Shown: piece after piece, positions 1 through 11,273 of the stretch
Numbering within the stretch: the stretch's first letter is position 1
How the letters are laid out: each line of letters opens with the position of its first letter
Source: Octopus sinensis
Lineage: Eukaryota
Direction of reading: 5' to 3'
Assembly: GCF_006345805.1 (NCBI RefSeq)
Contig: NW_021833897.1
Span: 1 to 53,359, forward strand
DNA: 53,359 bases
The notes under the pieces: model-generated
What the model was told of the DNA's origin: nothing
Database searches by the model: none
Seen by the model: the letters and a program-made list of their open reading frames with translations, nothing else
Program-made: the position numbers and the translations under genes

Positions 1-509
1 CTTCAGTTATCGGGCCATCGAAAAAAAAGGGAAATTACTGTGTGAATGACCGTTATGTGTGTATATTAGACGTGTGTGTGTGCGTGCGTACAAGTATGTG
101 CGTATAAAGACGTGTTTTACTCTTATTGCTTATTTTTTACACCTTTTTTGTGCATTTTGCTTCTAGCCCTGTTTTTTTCTTGTGCATGTGCCGATATAGA
201 CATGTGTATGAACTTTTATGTGCGCGCGCGCGTGTGCGAGCATGTATGCGGGTATGTATATATTTTTGGCGAATATGTGGGTGAGCATGCGTGTGTTTTA
301 AGTGACGGTGGATGAGTATATACATATAGGCGTATGTACGTGAGTGTGCAGGCGCGCATGTGTATGTATGGACATGCGCGCTTACGCGATTACTATGAAC
401 ATTTCTACTCCCTTACCTTTACTCCCTCCCCTTACTTAGCGGTCATTCTAATAGCTTTTTTGTCTTAATAACGGTCAATCACACAGTAATTTACCTTTAT
501 TTTTTTTGA

Positions 510-582
510 TGGCCCGATAACTGAAGAGATGCCGGCGTGGGTTCCGCCCCGACATCCGAAACTCGAAGTTTTATCATGGCTA
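510..582 (+). ncRNA. Type I hammerhead ribozyme
   Basis: Stem I GAUAA(516-520)/UUAUC(571-575), extended by UGGCC/GGCUA; core CUGAAGA 521-527; stem II GAUGCCGG/CCGACAUC (one mismatch, one extra C); GAAA 558-561; stem III ACU-cga-AGU; predicted cleavage after GUU (570). Confidence 0.75.
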
Positions 583-690
583 CCGAATAATTGTTACATA
601 TTATATTTACAGATATCAAAATGTGACCTCGTGTGTACCGTTGGCGATTTTTTTCCCTCTGTCTTCCCTTCTCTTGATCTTTCCTTCTAT

Positions 691-725
691 GTTTCCGATG
701 AAGAGCTCCGCTCGAAACGTTAAAC
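691..725 (+). ncRNA. Minimal PLE-type hammerhead motif (CCGAUGA core variant)
   Basis: GUUU-CCGAUGA-A-GAGC(ucc)GCUC-GAAA-CGUUA-AAC; vestigial palindromic stem III (AACGUU). Confidence 0.55.
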
Positions 726-820
726 CCTCCTTTTTTCCTTCTTTCCTGAGCGTCCAATAATACTTTATTTGTTCCACGTCCTCACGTTGTGTTTTTTTTG
801 TGCTTTCTTGTTTGGATTAA

Positions 821-828
821 CTATATAT

Positions 829-861
<33 letters not shown>

Positions 862-1067
862 CACACACACGCAAAAATACGCATTACGCGCGCGCACACA
901 CACACATATATACTTTATATGCGTATGTATCTAGGTCTAAGTACTCTACGCACGTTTCTTTGTGTTTGTGTGTATATGTGTGAGTGCGTGCATGTACGTA
1001 CGAGTCATTTCATTTGCATATTGTAGTTTCAGAAACGCGCGCGCACAAACACACACCACACACACAA

Positions 1068-1105
<38 letters not shown>
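821..1105. repeat. (TA)n/(CA)n microsatellite cluster
   Basis: Direct reading. Confidence 0.9.
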
Positions 1106-1106
<1 letters not shown>

Positions 1107-1183
1107 AAACCTCACAGAAATGTGAAAAAGAAAAACAAAGAGGGGAGCATAAAAAGAAAGGAATCAAAAATGAAACCCGTTGT

Positions 1184-1730
1184 AGTGATGGCGGCGACGG
1201 CGGCGGTGGTGGTGGTAGTGGTGATGGTCGTAGTGGCGGAGATGGCGGCAGCTGGGGCTAGTGGTGGTGGTGGTGATTGTGGTGGTGGTGGTGGTGGTGG
1301 TGGTGATTGTGGTGGTGGTGGTGATGGTAGTGGTGGTGGTGGTGATGGTGATGATGGTGGTGGGGATAGTGGTGGTGGTGGTGATGGTGGTGGTGGTGGT
1401 GATGGTGATGATGGTGGTGGGGATAGCGGTGGTGGTGGTGATGGTAGTGGTGGTGGTGGTGGTTGTAGCGGTGGTGGTGGTGGTGGTGGTGGTGGTGATG
1501 GTCGTAGTGGCGGAGATGGCGGCAGCTGGTCGTGGTGGTGGTGGTGATGGTGATGATGGTGGTGGGGATAGTGGTGGTGGTGGTGATGGTAGTGGTGGTG
1601 GTGGTGGTTGTAGCGGTGGTGGTGGTGGTGGTGGTAGTGGTGGTGGTAGTGGTGATGATCGTAGTGGCGGAGATGGCGGCAGCTGGAACTGGTGGTGGTG
1701 GTGGCGGTGGTGGTGGTGGTGTTGATGATT
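1184..1730. repeat. Degenerate (GGT)n tract with higher-order repeats
   Basis: Marker CGTAGTGGCGGAGATGGCGGCAGCTGG recurs at 1229, 1503 and 1660. Confidence 0.9.
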
Positions 1731-2225
1731 GTTATGTAAATAAATAATAAAAGTAAAACATTAAAAAAATAAGAATAAACCAACCCGAAAAATAAACAGA
1801 AATTACAAAAGGGAAATAAACAAAGAAATAAAGTTCTAAGAAAAAGAAAAAAAAAAAAAATTTTCAACAGAGTGTAAAATATCAAATTCTGATGGTATTT
1901 GATTTATTGTGCTGATTTAATAGTATTTTAATTACACTAATTTAAGATTTTAATTATATTTTAATTAGTAATCTGTTTATTTTGCTTTTTACTTATTTAT
2001 TTTATAATTTATTTATTTATTTAATGGTTTGTTTGTTTGTTTGTTATGGGGTGGGGAATGGTGGGGAAAAAAAGTGAGGGTGAGGTGGTGGGGGTGGGGT
2101 TTGGGGGGTGGGGGTTTGCGATATTTATTGCAAGAATCTTAATTTCGTTCTTTTGATATTTAAAAAGTCTTTTTTTTTTGTCCTTCGGTGAATTACTTTT
2201 GTATCTTACGCTGCAATCGTTACAG

Positions 2226-3362
2226 ACACCACCACCACCACCACCACCACCACCACCACCACCACCAACACCACCACCACCGTTACAACCACCATCACCA
2301 CCACTAATATCACCAACACCACTAACACCACCATCAATACCAACACCATCAAAACCACCATCACCACCGCTACAACCACTACCACCATCACCATCACCAC
2401 CACCACCACCACCACCACCACCACCGTCAACACCACCATCACCACCACCACCACCACCACCACCACCACTAATATCACCGACACCACTAACACCAACACC
2501 ATCAACACCGCCATCATCATCAAAACCACCATCACCAATAGCAACAAACACCAGTAGCATCGTCTCCGCCGTGCTACCATCATCATCATCATTGTCGATG
2601 TCGTCATCATTATTATCGTAAGAGCAAATCTGTTCACCAGCACCGCCATTTCCACCACCACAAACTCACTTCTACCACTGATACTTATTTCTTTATTACC
2701 CACAAGGGGCTAAACATAGAGGGGACAAATAAGGACAGACATAGGTATTAAGTCGATTACATCGACCCCAGTGCGTAACTGGTACTTAATTCATCGACCC
2801 CGAAAGGATGAAAGGCAAAGTCGACCTCGGCGGAATTTGAACTCAGAACATTTCGCCCGGCGTACTAACGATTCTGCCAGCTCGCCGCCTTATCTACCAC
2901 TGATACCCTAACCCTAACCCTAACCCACCAGCACCATCACCACCAGCACGAACAACAACAACAACAATAGCAACAAGCCCCCGTCGTTGCATCGCCTCTG
3001 CCATTAAACACCAAGATTCATCATCGTCATCGTCCTCGTTACAACGTATGTGCTCACCAACACTATCACCATTAGCCCGCCGCCGCCGCCACCAGCACCA
3101 GCACCACCACCACCACCACCAGCACATCACCACCACCACCACCACCACCACCACCACCACACCACCACCGTCACCATCGCCACCACCACCATTACATCAA
3201 CACCGTTACGCTCGCCGCCGTCGTCGCCGTCGATACCAGCACCACCGCTATTGCCGTTATCGCTACCGCTACAAGTTGTACGACTCACCCTCACCGTCAA
3301 CAAAACCACCACCACCACCACCTCCACCACCGCCGCCTCTACCGCCGCCGCTATCGCCATAC
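2226..3362. repeat. Degenerate (CCA)n/(CAT)n/(CCG)n tracts, interrupted by a SINE B copy
   Basis: Direct reading; short (CCCTAA)3 at ~2906-2925. Confidence 0.9.
2685..2892 (-). mobile_element. SINE family B (tRNA-like head plus Meta-domain-like core), internally deleted
   Basis: B box GAGTTCAAATTCC; core GTCGACTTTGCCTTTCATCCTTTCGGGGTCGAT; 14-bp TSD TCTACCACTGATAC at 2671-2684 and 2893-2906. Confidence 0.85.
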
Positions 3363-3483
3363 TCCACTTCTCTTTCACTGCTCGTCCTGTTTTCATGGTA
3401 TAAATTTCATAGTATATAGTTCCTTTTTTTTATATTATCGTATAAACTCGGTAAATTATTTTCGCTGTCGTCGTCGTCGTCGT

Positions 3484-3640
3484 ATGTGCGTTTGTATGTG
3501 TACAAGTGTTTGTGTGTGTATATGTATGTATGTGCGTGTATATCTGTGTATATGTGCGAATGTGTATACAGATATGTATGTATGTATGTATGTGTGTATG
3601 TGTGTATGTATGTATGTATGTGTGTATGTATGTATGTATG
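3484..3640. repeat. (TATG)n/(TG)n microsatellite
   Basis: Direct reading. Confidence 0.9.
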
Positions 3641-3835
3641 TTATCATTGTTGTTCTTTAGCCCCAGGTCAGCCTTGACGGTTGAAAAGCATTGCAGCCAG
3701 GATAATCCTGCCTTATACGTTGCATATCTGCGTCGCTTTGTCCTTTCAAGGACCCTATGGAGGATGTAATCTGTAGGTGGTATGGCTGCTTTTTCTAGCA
3801 GGTTGAGCAGTGACGTAAACGCCGCCCCTCACTGG

Positions 3836-3877
<42 letters not shown>

Positions 3878-4075
3878 TGCATGTTTTCGAAGCATATTGA
3901 GTGTATGTATGTTTAAAGTTACTAATTTAGAAGACAGCATTACCATTCATGCCAATAATGCAATCAACCAATAGAATCCTGTTGTGTGTGTGTGTTTGTG
4001 TGTTTAGCTGTCCGTATTCCTTTGTATGAATGTGTAACGCTTATTGTTATATAATCCCCGACTCAAACTTGATTA

Positions 4076-4477
4076 GGCGCAGGAGTGGCTGTGTGGTAAG
4101 TAGCTTGTTTACCAACCACATGGTTCTGGGTTCAGTCCCACTGCGTGGCACCTTGGGCAAGTGTCTTCTACTATAGCCTCGGGCCGACCAAAACCTTGTG
4201 AGTGGATTTCGTAGACGGAAACTGAAAGAAGCCCGTCGTATATGCGTGTGTGTGTTTGTGTGTCTGTGTTTGTTTGTACCCCTAGCATTGCTTGACAACC
4301 GATGCTGGTGTGTTTGTGTCCCCGTAACTTAGCGGTTCGGCAAAAGAGACCGATAGAATAAGTACTGGGCTTACAAAAGAATAAGTCCCGGGGTCGAGTT
4401 GTTCGATTAAAGGCGGTGCTCCAGCATGGCCGCAGTCAAATGACTGAAACAAGTAAAAGAATAAAAGAGTAAAAGAG
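4076..4477 (+). mobile_element. SINE family A (tRNA-derived head, CORE-like segment, internal microsatellite, TAAAAGAG tail)
   Basis: A box TGGCTGTGTGG, B box GGTTCAGTCC; CCTTGGGCAAGT resembles the CORE domain; more than 10 homologous copies in the window. Confidence 0.9.
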
Positions 4478-4617
4478 ACCAGTCAGTCCTATATAGTAAG
4501 TAGTTTTTGTCTGGCGAACGATTTGATGCGATTTAGTGATCTATCATCTCACTTTCCGCCATGTTAACGATTATACAACGCTAACATATGAAGTATAACA
4601 TGTCCCACCCAAGACGA

Positions 4618-4838
4618 ATTGGTTTCAACTTTTGGCACAAGGCCAGCAATTTTTGGGAGAGGGATAAATCGATTATATCGACCACAGTGCTCAACTATTA
4701 TTTATTTATTTTATCGATCCCCAAAGGAATGAAAGGTAAAGTCGACTTCGGCGAAATTTGTACTCAGAAAATAAAGACGGACGAAATGCCGCTATGAATT
4801 TTGCCCGGCGTGCTAAAGGTTTCGCCATCTCTCGCCTA
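4618..4838 (-). mobile_element. SINE family B, older subfamily with GGCCTTGTGCCAAAA tail (B2)
   Basis: Homology to family B core; diverged. Confidence 0.75.
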
Positions 4839-5062
4839 CTGTCCCTGGGCATATTGCACCCTCTCAGTTGTCCAGTTCCTGTATATTCAGTCGGTGACAG
4901 TTGCGGAGATGATGATGAGCAAAATGGAATCGGTCAACGCATGTCAGTCGTTATCTCTCTGGCTCTCTTGTTAGTTATACACGTCCTCCTAGCAACTCTG
5001 ATAATAGAGAGTGAAGATGTTGATGTTGCACTTAGTTATATGTCTTAAGTGTGATCCCCCTT

Positions 5063-5892
5063 GGATCTTTTCGGTTTGAACGGCAGTTTTTTCTAGTGGT
5101 GTCATATGAAATTGTCACCCATAATTATGACCCTAGAATCGATCTATTGCATTTCAATCTCTTTTAGGGTTAGGGTTAGGGGTGGGGGAAGGGTATCTTT
5201 TTTTCTTCACAAATATAAATAAACCCAATCTGTTTCTTAATCGAGGGACATATTCATACGGCACAGAATGATTTTTTTTTACCTCAATAGACGTAATTGA
5301 TTGGTTGAAATTGCAGAAATTGAAGAAAAAAGCAACAACAAATATCTTACAAACTATAGAATTTTCTCAATAAAGCCAAGAGAAAAAGATGCTTTACAAA
5401 TACATTCTACTAGTATACGAAGTTTAAAATTTTTTTAGTTACTCTTTTACTTGTTTCAGTCATTTGACTGCGGCCATGCTGGAGCACCGCCTTTAGTCGA
5501 GCAAATCGACCCCGGGACTTATTCTTTGTAAGCCCAGTACTTATTCTATCGGTCTCTTTTGCCGAACCGCTAAGTGACGGGGACGTAAACACACCAGCAT
5601 CGGTTGTCAAGCGATGTTGGGGGGGGGGACAAACACAGACACACAAACATATAAACACACATACACACATATATATATACATATACACGGCAGGCTTCTT
5701 TCAGTTTCCGTCAACTAAATCCACTCACAAGGCATTGGTTGGCCCGGGGCTATAGCAGAAGACACTTGCCCAAGATGCCACGCAGTGGGACTGAACCCGG
5801 AACCATGTGGCTGGTTAGCAAGCTACTTACCACACAGCCACTCCTGCGCCTAGAAATTATGTTAAAAACTGCCGTTCAAACCGAAAAGATCC
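5063..5892 (+). mobile_element. MITE with 28-bp TIR GGATCTTTTCGGTTTGAACGGCAGTTTT and internal (TTAGGG)n; carries a SINE A insertion
   Basis: TIRs at both ends; homologous to 6419-6865 and 10479-10884. Confidence 0.85.
5441..5850 (-). mobile_element. SINE family A, nested in MITE
   Basis: Full-length homology to 4076-4477. Confidence 0.9.
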
Positions 5893-6418
5893 GTGCCCTT
5901 TTATATTCATATACAGGCTGAGTGAAACAATGTTTTTAATATGTTATATATGTATCTGCGTGTTGAGTTAGTTTTAAAAAAAATACAACATTTTTTTCAT
6001 GCAGGAGCAGGGATAGTAAGAGTTGAAGCTGGCTGCAACAGTTATAGTGTACCCTTTGCTTATCCAGGTGATCTCGCAGTTTTAGTAATTTCTGTTTGTT
6101 GTATAGGTTGATCTCTCTGGGTGTGGTGTATCTACAACCTGTTACAAAAACGTACAGCGCCGTTTTGTGTACATTGTATTTTATTGTAGCTTGGTGCAGA
6201 GTAATTGCGGGCATAGGTGGGACTGACATAGCCTTTGGTGGATCTAATTTATTGTTTGTATACTATACCGTTATTGTTGTTACTTTCTGTTGGCCAAATA
6301 TGGTACATGTAATTGTTCTAAAGTATCTTTGTGCATCGTTTTGCTTTCTTTATTAAGTCTTCTATGTATTGCTGCCTATGTTGCAAGGAGGTTGAATGCA
6401 ACTTCTATAACATATGTC

Positions 6419-6865
6419 GGATCTTTTCGGTTTGACCGGCAGTTTTTTAAAATAATTTCCACGTAACTAAACACTTTTAAACTTCGTATACTGGTAGAAT
6501 GTGCTTATAAAACATCTTTTTCTCTTGGCTTTGTTGAGAAAATTCTATAGTTTGTAAGATATTTGCTGTTTTTTTTCTTCAATTTCAACCAATCAATGAC
6601 GTCTATTGAGGTGAAAACATTCTGTGCCATATGAATATGTCCCTCATTTAAGAAACAGATTGGGTTTATTTACATTTCTGAAGAAAAAAAGATACCCTTC
6701 CCCCACCCCTAACCCTAACCCTAACCCTAAACCTAACTAACCCTAACTCTAACCTTAACCCTAAAACAGATAAAAATGCAATAGATCGATACTAGTGTCA
6801 TAATTATGGGTGACAATTTCATATGACACCGCTAGAAAAAACTGCCGTTCAAACCGAAAAGATCC
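6419..6865 (-). mobile_element. GGATC-TIR MITE with (CCCTAA)n tract
   Basis: TIRs at both ends; telomeric-type repeats at ~6707-6764. Confidence 0.85.
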
Positions 6866-7075
6866 CTTAAGTCTTTTGTGTGTGAATGTGTTGTATATGT
6901 ATGTTGTTGAGTACGAAGATAGCCTGCATTTGAAATTCATTAGTGTTGCTGGAAAAAAATTAGGGTTTGAAGAGTTCTTCAGCGATTTCTGCAGAAAGGC
7001 AGGAGGATATGAGTAAGATGTCTTCTCCGTATGAGGTTCTCTGTATGCTTTGTGAGAGTGTGGGAAGGGTGTGTA

Positions 7076-7306
7076 GGCGAGCTGGCAGAAACGTTAGCAT
7101 GCCGGGCGAAATGCGTAGCCGTATTTCGTCTGCCGTTGCGTTCTGAGTTCAAATTCCGCCGAGGTCGACTTTGCCTTTCATCCTTTCGGGGTCGATAAAT
7201 TAAGTACCAATTACGCACTGGGGTCGATGTAATCGACTTAATCCGTTTGTCTGTCCTTGTTTGTCCCCTCTATGTTTAGCCCCTTGTGGGTAGTAAAGAA
7301 ATAGGT
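7076..7306 (+). mobile_element. SINE family B
   Basis: Near full length; flanked by TAGG; removing it restores the LINE RT frame (NLYLHTLP). Confidence 0.9.
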
Positions 7307-7974
7307 ATAGATTGTAAAAAGTCGATGAGAAGCTGGATCCTTGTGGTACACCACTGGGGAAATTGTAAGTTTTAGACGTGTTGTATTGGTATACTTGATA
7401 TACAAAGTTTACTTAAGCCAGAGTTTGTTTTATTGGTTCTTAAAGTGGTATTGAGTATTTTTAAATGAGAAAATAGCGATCAATGCAATAAAAGAGTTTG
7501 CTGATATTAATGGCAGTCATTGATATGGTATTTAGCTTTTACTTGTTTCAGTCATTAAAATGTGGCCAAGCAGGAGCATCGCCTTGAAAATTGTTTAGTC
7601 GTATGAATGGATTGGTACTTATTCAATCGGTCTCATTTGCTAAACTGGTGAGTTACGGGGACATAAACACACCAACACCGGTTGCCAAGCGGTAGTGGTG
7701 GGGACAAACACAGACACAAAGACACACAAACACACAAGCACACACACTCACACACACATACATATACTATATATATTATATATATCTACGTATGTACGTA
7801 TGTATATACGTATGTATGTATGTATGTATGTATGTATGTATGTATGTATGTATGTATGTATGTATATACGTATGTATGTATGTATGTATGTACGTATGTA
7901 TATACGTATGTATGTATGTATGTATATACGTATGTATGTATGTATGTATGTATGTATGTATGTATGTATGTATT

Positions 7975-8310
7975 ATATGTAGAAAAATACAAACTGGGAC
8001 AAGAACGTAAAACATTTAGAAGACGATACAAAAAACACGGACGGGACATTCGAAGCCTTCAATCTTCAGTCAAGAACCGGATCATCCTAGTAATTTCGGC
8101 TGATTAATCTTGAGATCGCTCCGATCCGGCCAGCCCCAAGGAAAAACTAAGCTACGAGCATTAGATTTCTTGGAAAAAGGATCGAATGTATACGAAACAG
8201 GGACAGAAAAACGGACGATGCCACACGAATATAAAATACAGAAAACAATAATGGTAAAAACAGGAGAAAAACAGCGTGTGTCTTACGACTAATAGACAGT
8301 ACTTGACAAC
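7975..8310 (-). mobile_element. PLE/retrozyme-like repeat, family E
   Basis: Homologous to 40395-40760; abuts microsatellite; carries permuted HHR motif. Confidence 0.6.
8054..8130 (-). ncRNA. Candidate non-circularly permuted hammerhead ribozyme (family E copy 1)
   Basis: Minus strand: GCCGGAUC-gg-AGCGAU-C-UCAAGA-uuaauc-AGCC-GAAA-UUACU-aggau-GAUCCGGU-UCUUGA-CUGAAGA-uugaa-GGCU. Confidence 0.55.
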
Positions 8311-9162
8311 ATAGCATTGCTTGACAACCGATGCTAGTGTGTTTACGTCCCCGTCACTTAGCGGTTCGGCAAAAGAGACCGATAGAATAAGTACTAGGCT
8401 TACAAAGAATAAGTCCCGGGGTCGATTTGCTCGACTAAAGGCGGTGCTCCAGCATGGCCGCAGTCAAAATGACTGAAACAAGTAATAGAGTAAAGAGAGT
8501 GTACAATTTAGGACCGGATTCTTTTAGTTTTCGTCTACTAGATTCACTCACAAGGCTCTGGTCAGCCCGAGGTTAGAGATGAAGTGGCTTGCCCCAATGT
8601 GCCATTCGAAGGGGCTGAACCGGAAACCATGTTGTTGGGAAGGAAACTGCTTACCACACAGCCACGCTTACTTTGTGGACGTTTCTTTTTTTTATATTAT
8701 TAAGACTTTCGCGTATTTTCTGTGATAGGTTTGTAGCAAGTAATGATAGAGAATAGTAGTCTTACATCCCGTGTTATGGTTGAAGGGAGGGATGTCTGGG
8801 TTAGTGATGTCAAGGATTATCCTTTTCTAGAACTTTTGAGGATGTGCTTAGGATGCTACCTCCTTCCTTTCTCAGCTTGCCACTTCCTGTTTCTATTCTA
8901 AGTGAAAAATCTTTCTTTTATCTTTCAGTTCGCCGAGCCAGCAGATGTATCCTTCTTCTATTCATCGTTATTTTTTTAAGAACATCGTCCGAGCATCTAA
9001 TCGTGCTTTTTTCTCTCTTCCGCATCGTACTTGTTACACTATTGTATTGTGATATTGTGTCTCGCTTATTTTCTTCGTAATTGACAAATGTTCTATTTTA
9101 TAGCCAAAAAAAAAAAGGAAAAGAAAAAAGGACGTAAACCTATGCAGAAGAAGGATGTGTAT

Positions 9163-9589
9163 TACTCTTTCTACTCTTTTACTTGTTTCAGTCATTTGAC
9201 TGCGGCCATGCTGGAGCACCGCCTTTAGTCGAGCAAATCGACCCCCGGGACTTATTCTTTGTAAGCCCAGTACTTATTCTATCAGTCTCTTTTGCCGAAC
9301 CGCTAAGTGACGGGGACGTAAACACACCAGCATCGGTTGTCAAGCAATGCTAGGGGGACAAACGCACACACACACAAACACACACACACATACACATATA
9401 TATATATACATATATATACATATATACGACAGGCTTCTTTCAGTTTCCGTCTACCAAATTTACTCACAAAGCATAGGTCGGCCCGGGGCTATAGCAGAAG
9501 ACACTTGCCCAAGGTGCCACGCAGTGGGACTGAACCCGGAACCATGTGGTTAGTTAGCAAGCTACTTACCACACAGCCACTCCTGCGCC
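9163..9589 (-). mobile_element. SINE family A
   Basis: Full-length homology. Confidence 0.9.
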
Positions 9590-9839
9590 TATTGTTCGTT
9601 TTATGTACATGACTTCTTTTTTGAGAAATATTTCAAGGAGCATTTTCATAGTACTACAGTACACGTGTTCTACACTACCTGGCGTTCTAGCGATGGCCAT
9701 CCCATCAGTTTGGAAGCATAATTTACATAATATTACATCATCTTATGTGCATTTCCCATTTCTTTTATAAAGTTGTTTCTAGGATTCGTGTAAACCTTCC
9801 TCCATTGGTCTGCGTGTGCACCTTTGTAGTGAGACAGAG

Positions 9840-10283
9840 TTAATTAGTTAGTTAATTTTTTGGCTCAAAAAGCAAAAAGCAAGGCCATGTAGGGGGACAT
9901 GGACTTATGTAAAGAGTTCAGGCCACTTGTGGTCAAGGGAGACTTTGAACAAAGCGGTCGTCGGCATCTTCACCATCTCGTCTGGCAGCTTATTCCACGG
10001 ATCCGCAACCCGGACGGAGAAAGCCCCTCTCCTTCGATTGAGATAAAATCGTCGCAGATAGAGCTTTCGGAGTGACCCCGCAGCCGACGCTCTGGAGCAG
10101 GAGTGAAGAACAGCTCTTTCGAAAGGTTACACTTTCCGCTTATGATGTTGTGAGCAAGAATGAGATCACCACGGCGTCGTCGTTTTTCTAGAGAATAAGG
10201 GTCGAGCGTCTTCAGCCTTTCTTCATAAGACAAATGCTTGAGACCAAGAACCATGCGGGTAGCCAGCTTCTGGACTCTTTCAC
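9840..10283 (-). mobile_element. CR1-clade LINE, 5'-truncated 3' end
   Basis: ORF 9970-10254 LSYEERLKTL..YSLEKRRRRGDLI...RLRGHS is the typical CR1 ORF2 C-terminus; short tandem (AACT)-type tail at ~9840-9856. Confidence 0.85.
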
Positions 10284-10478
10284 AACAGAGATGGTGAAGC
10301 TGTGAGTAGTTTTTTTTAAAACTCAGTTACTGCAAAGGTAGCAGTAAATGTTGTTGAATGAACATTTTTCTCCAAAGTATTCTTAATTGAAAGGTAACGA
10401 ATAAGAATGCTATGCTAATAGAAACCATCTTAGCAACGAACCATAAGGTCTGGTTGCTTCTTAACCCTCTCAGTTTGG

Positions 10479-10884
10479 GGATCTTTTCGGTTTGAACGGC
10501 AGTTTTTTTCTAGCGGTGTCATATGAAATTGTCACCCATAATTATGATCCTAGAATCGATCTATTGCATTTCAATCTGTTTTAGGGTAGGGGGAAGGGTA
10601 TCTTTTTTTTCTTCACAAATGTAAATAAACCCAATCTGTTTCTTAATCGAGGGACATATTTATACGGCACAGAATGCTTTTTAACTCAATAGACGTATTT
10701 GATTGGCTGAAATTGCAGAAATTGAAGGGAAAAAACAACAAATATCTTACAAACTATAGAATTTTCTCAAGAAAGCCAAGAGAAAAAGATGTTTTATAAA
10801 CACATTCTACCAGTATACGAAGTTTAAATTTTTTTAGTTACCTAGAAATTATGTTAAAAACTGCCGTTCAAACCGAAAAGATCC
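10479..10884 (+). mobile_element. GGATC-TIR MITE (uninterrupted copy)
   Basis: TIRs at both ends; homologous to 5063-5892. Confidence 0.85.
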
Positions 10885-11150
10885 CAGCTTTGTTCCTGTG
10901 TCTAACTTTACTTTCTACCAGGGCTCCTGAAAAAAAAAAGTTGTACACACAGCTCAAGTGTAAAAATTTCGGGGAAACTAATGGACAGAATTGGTTGCAT
11001 TTCCTTTTTCTACCTGTGCTGTTTATTATCGCTTTTCCAGGAATTCGGCAGAGATGAGGTTTAGCCTATTGCCGCTTTAGTGGGAATACTGTATGACAGG
11101 GTAAAGTGACGAAAAATTGCTGTCTTGTAGTAGTGAATGCGTTCCTTCAG

Positions 11151-11273
11151 CACTAGCGTAGCTAGAGTGTGCGGCCCTTTCGTTTGTCGACCCCCAGACC
11201 CCACAAAAAACACATTGCCTACAACAGTCCACCTGAGGCGCACCGCCCCTACTGCCCCCTAGCCACGCTAGTG
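11151..11273. mobile_element. 123-bp hAT-like MITE
   Basis: TIR CACTAGCGT(A/G)GCTAG; perfect 8-bp TSD TCCTTCAG at 11143-11150 and 11274-11281. Confidence 0.85.

Larger units (their letters stand above)
1..820 (+). mobile_element. Penelope-like (PLE) non-autonomous remnant with inverted terminal segment and two hammerhead motifs (family D1)
   Basis: 1-56 is the reverse complement of 468-526; HHR motifs at 510-582 and 691-725; 3' end runs into (TA)n at 821; 640-820 is homologous to 23105-23310 and 38020-38220. Confidence 0.7.
7535..8665 (-). mobile_element. Diverged SINE A whose central microsatellite holds a (TATG)n expansion, a family E element and a + strand SINE A 3' half (8312-8498)
   Basis: Tail at 7535-7740 and head at ~8515-8665 match family A. 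Confidence 0.7.

Noticed and set aside
984-3419. Long Gly/Val/Pro/His-rich ORFs (e.g. 984-1547, 1112-1885, 2178-2621)
   Set aside because: Open in several frames and both strands because trinucleotide repeats lack stops; no splice or domain evidence.
6707-6764. Telomere or chromosome-fusion relic
   Set aside because: The repeats are internal to a TIR-bounded MITE.
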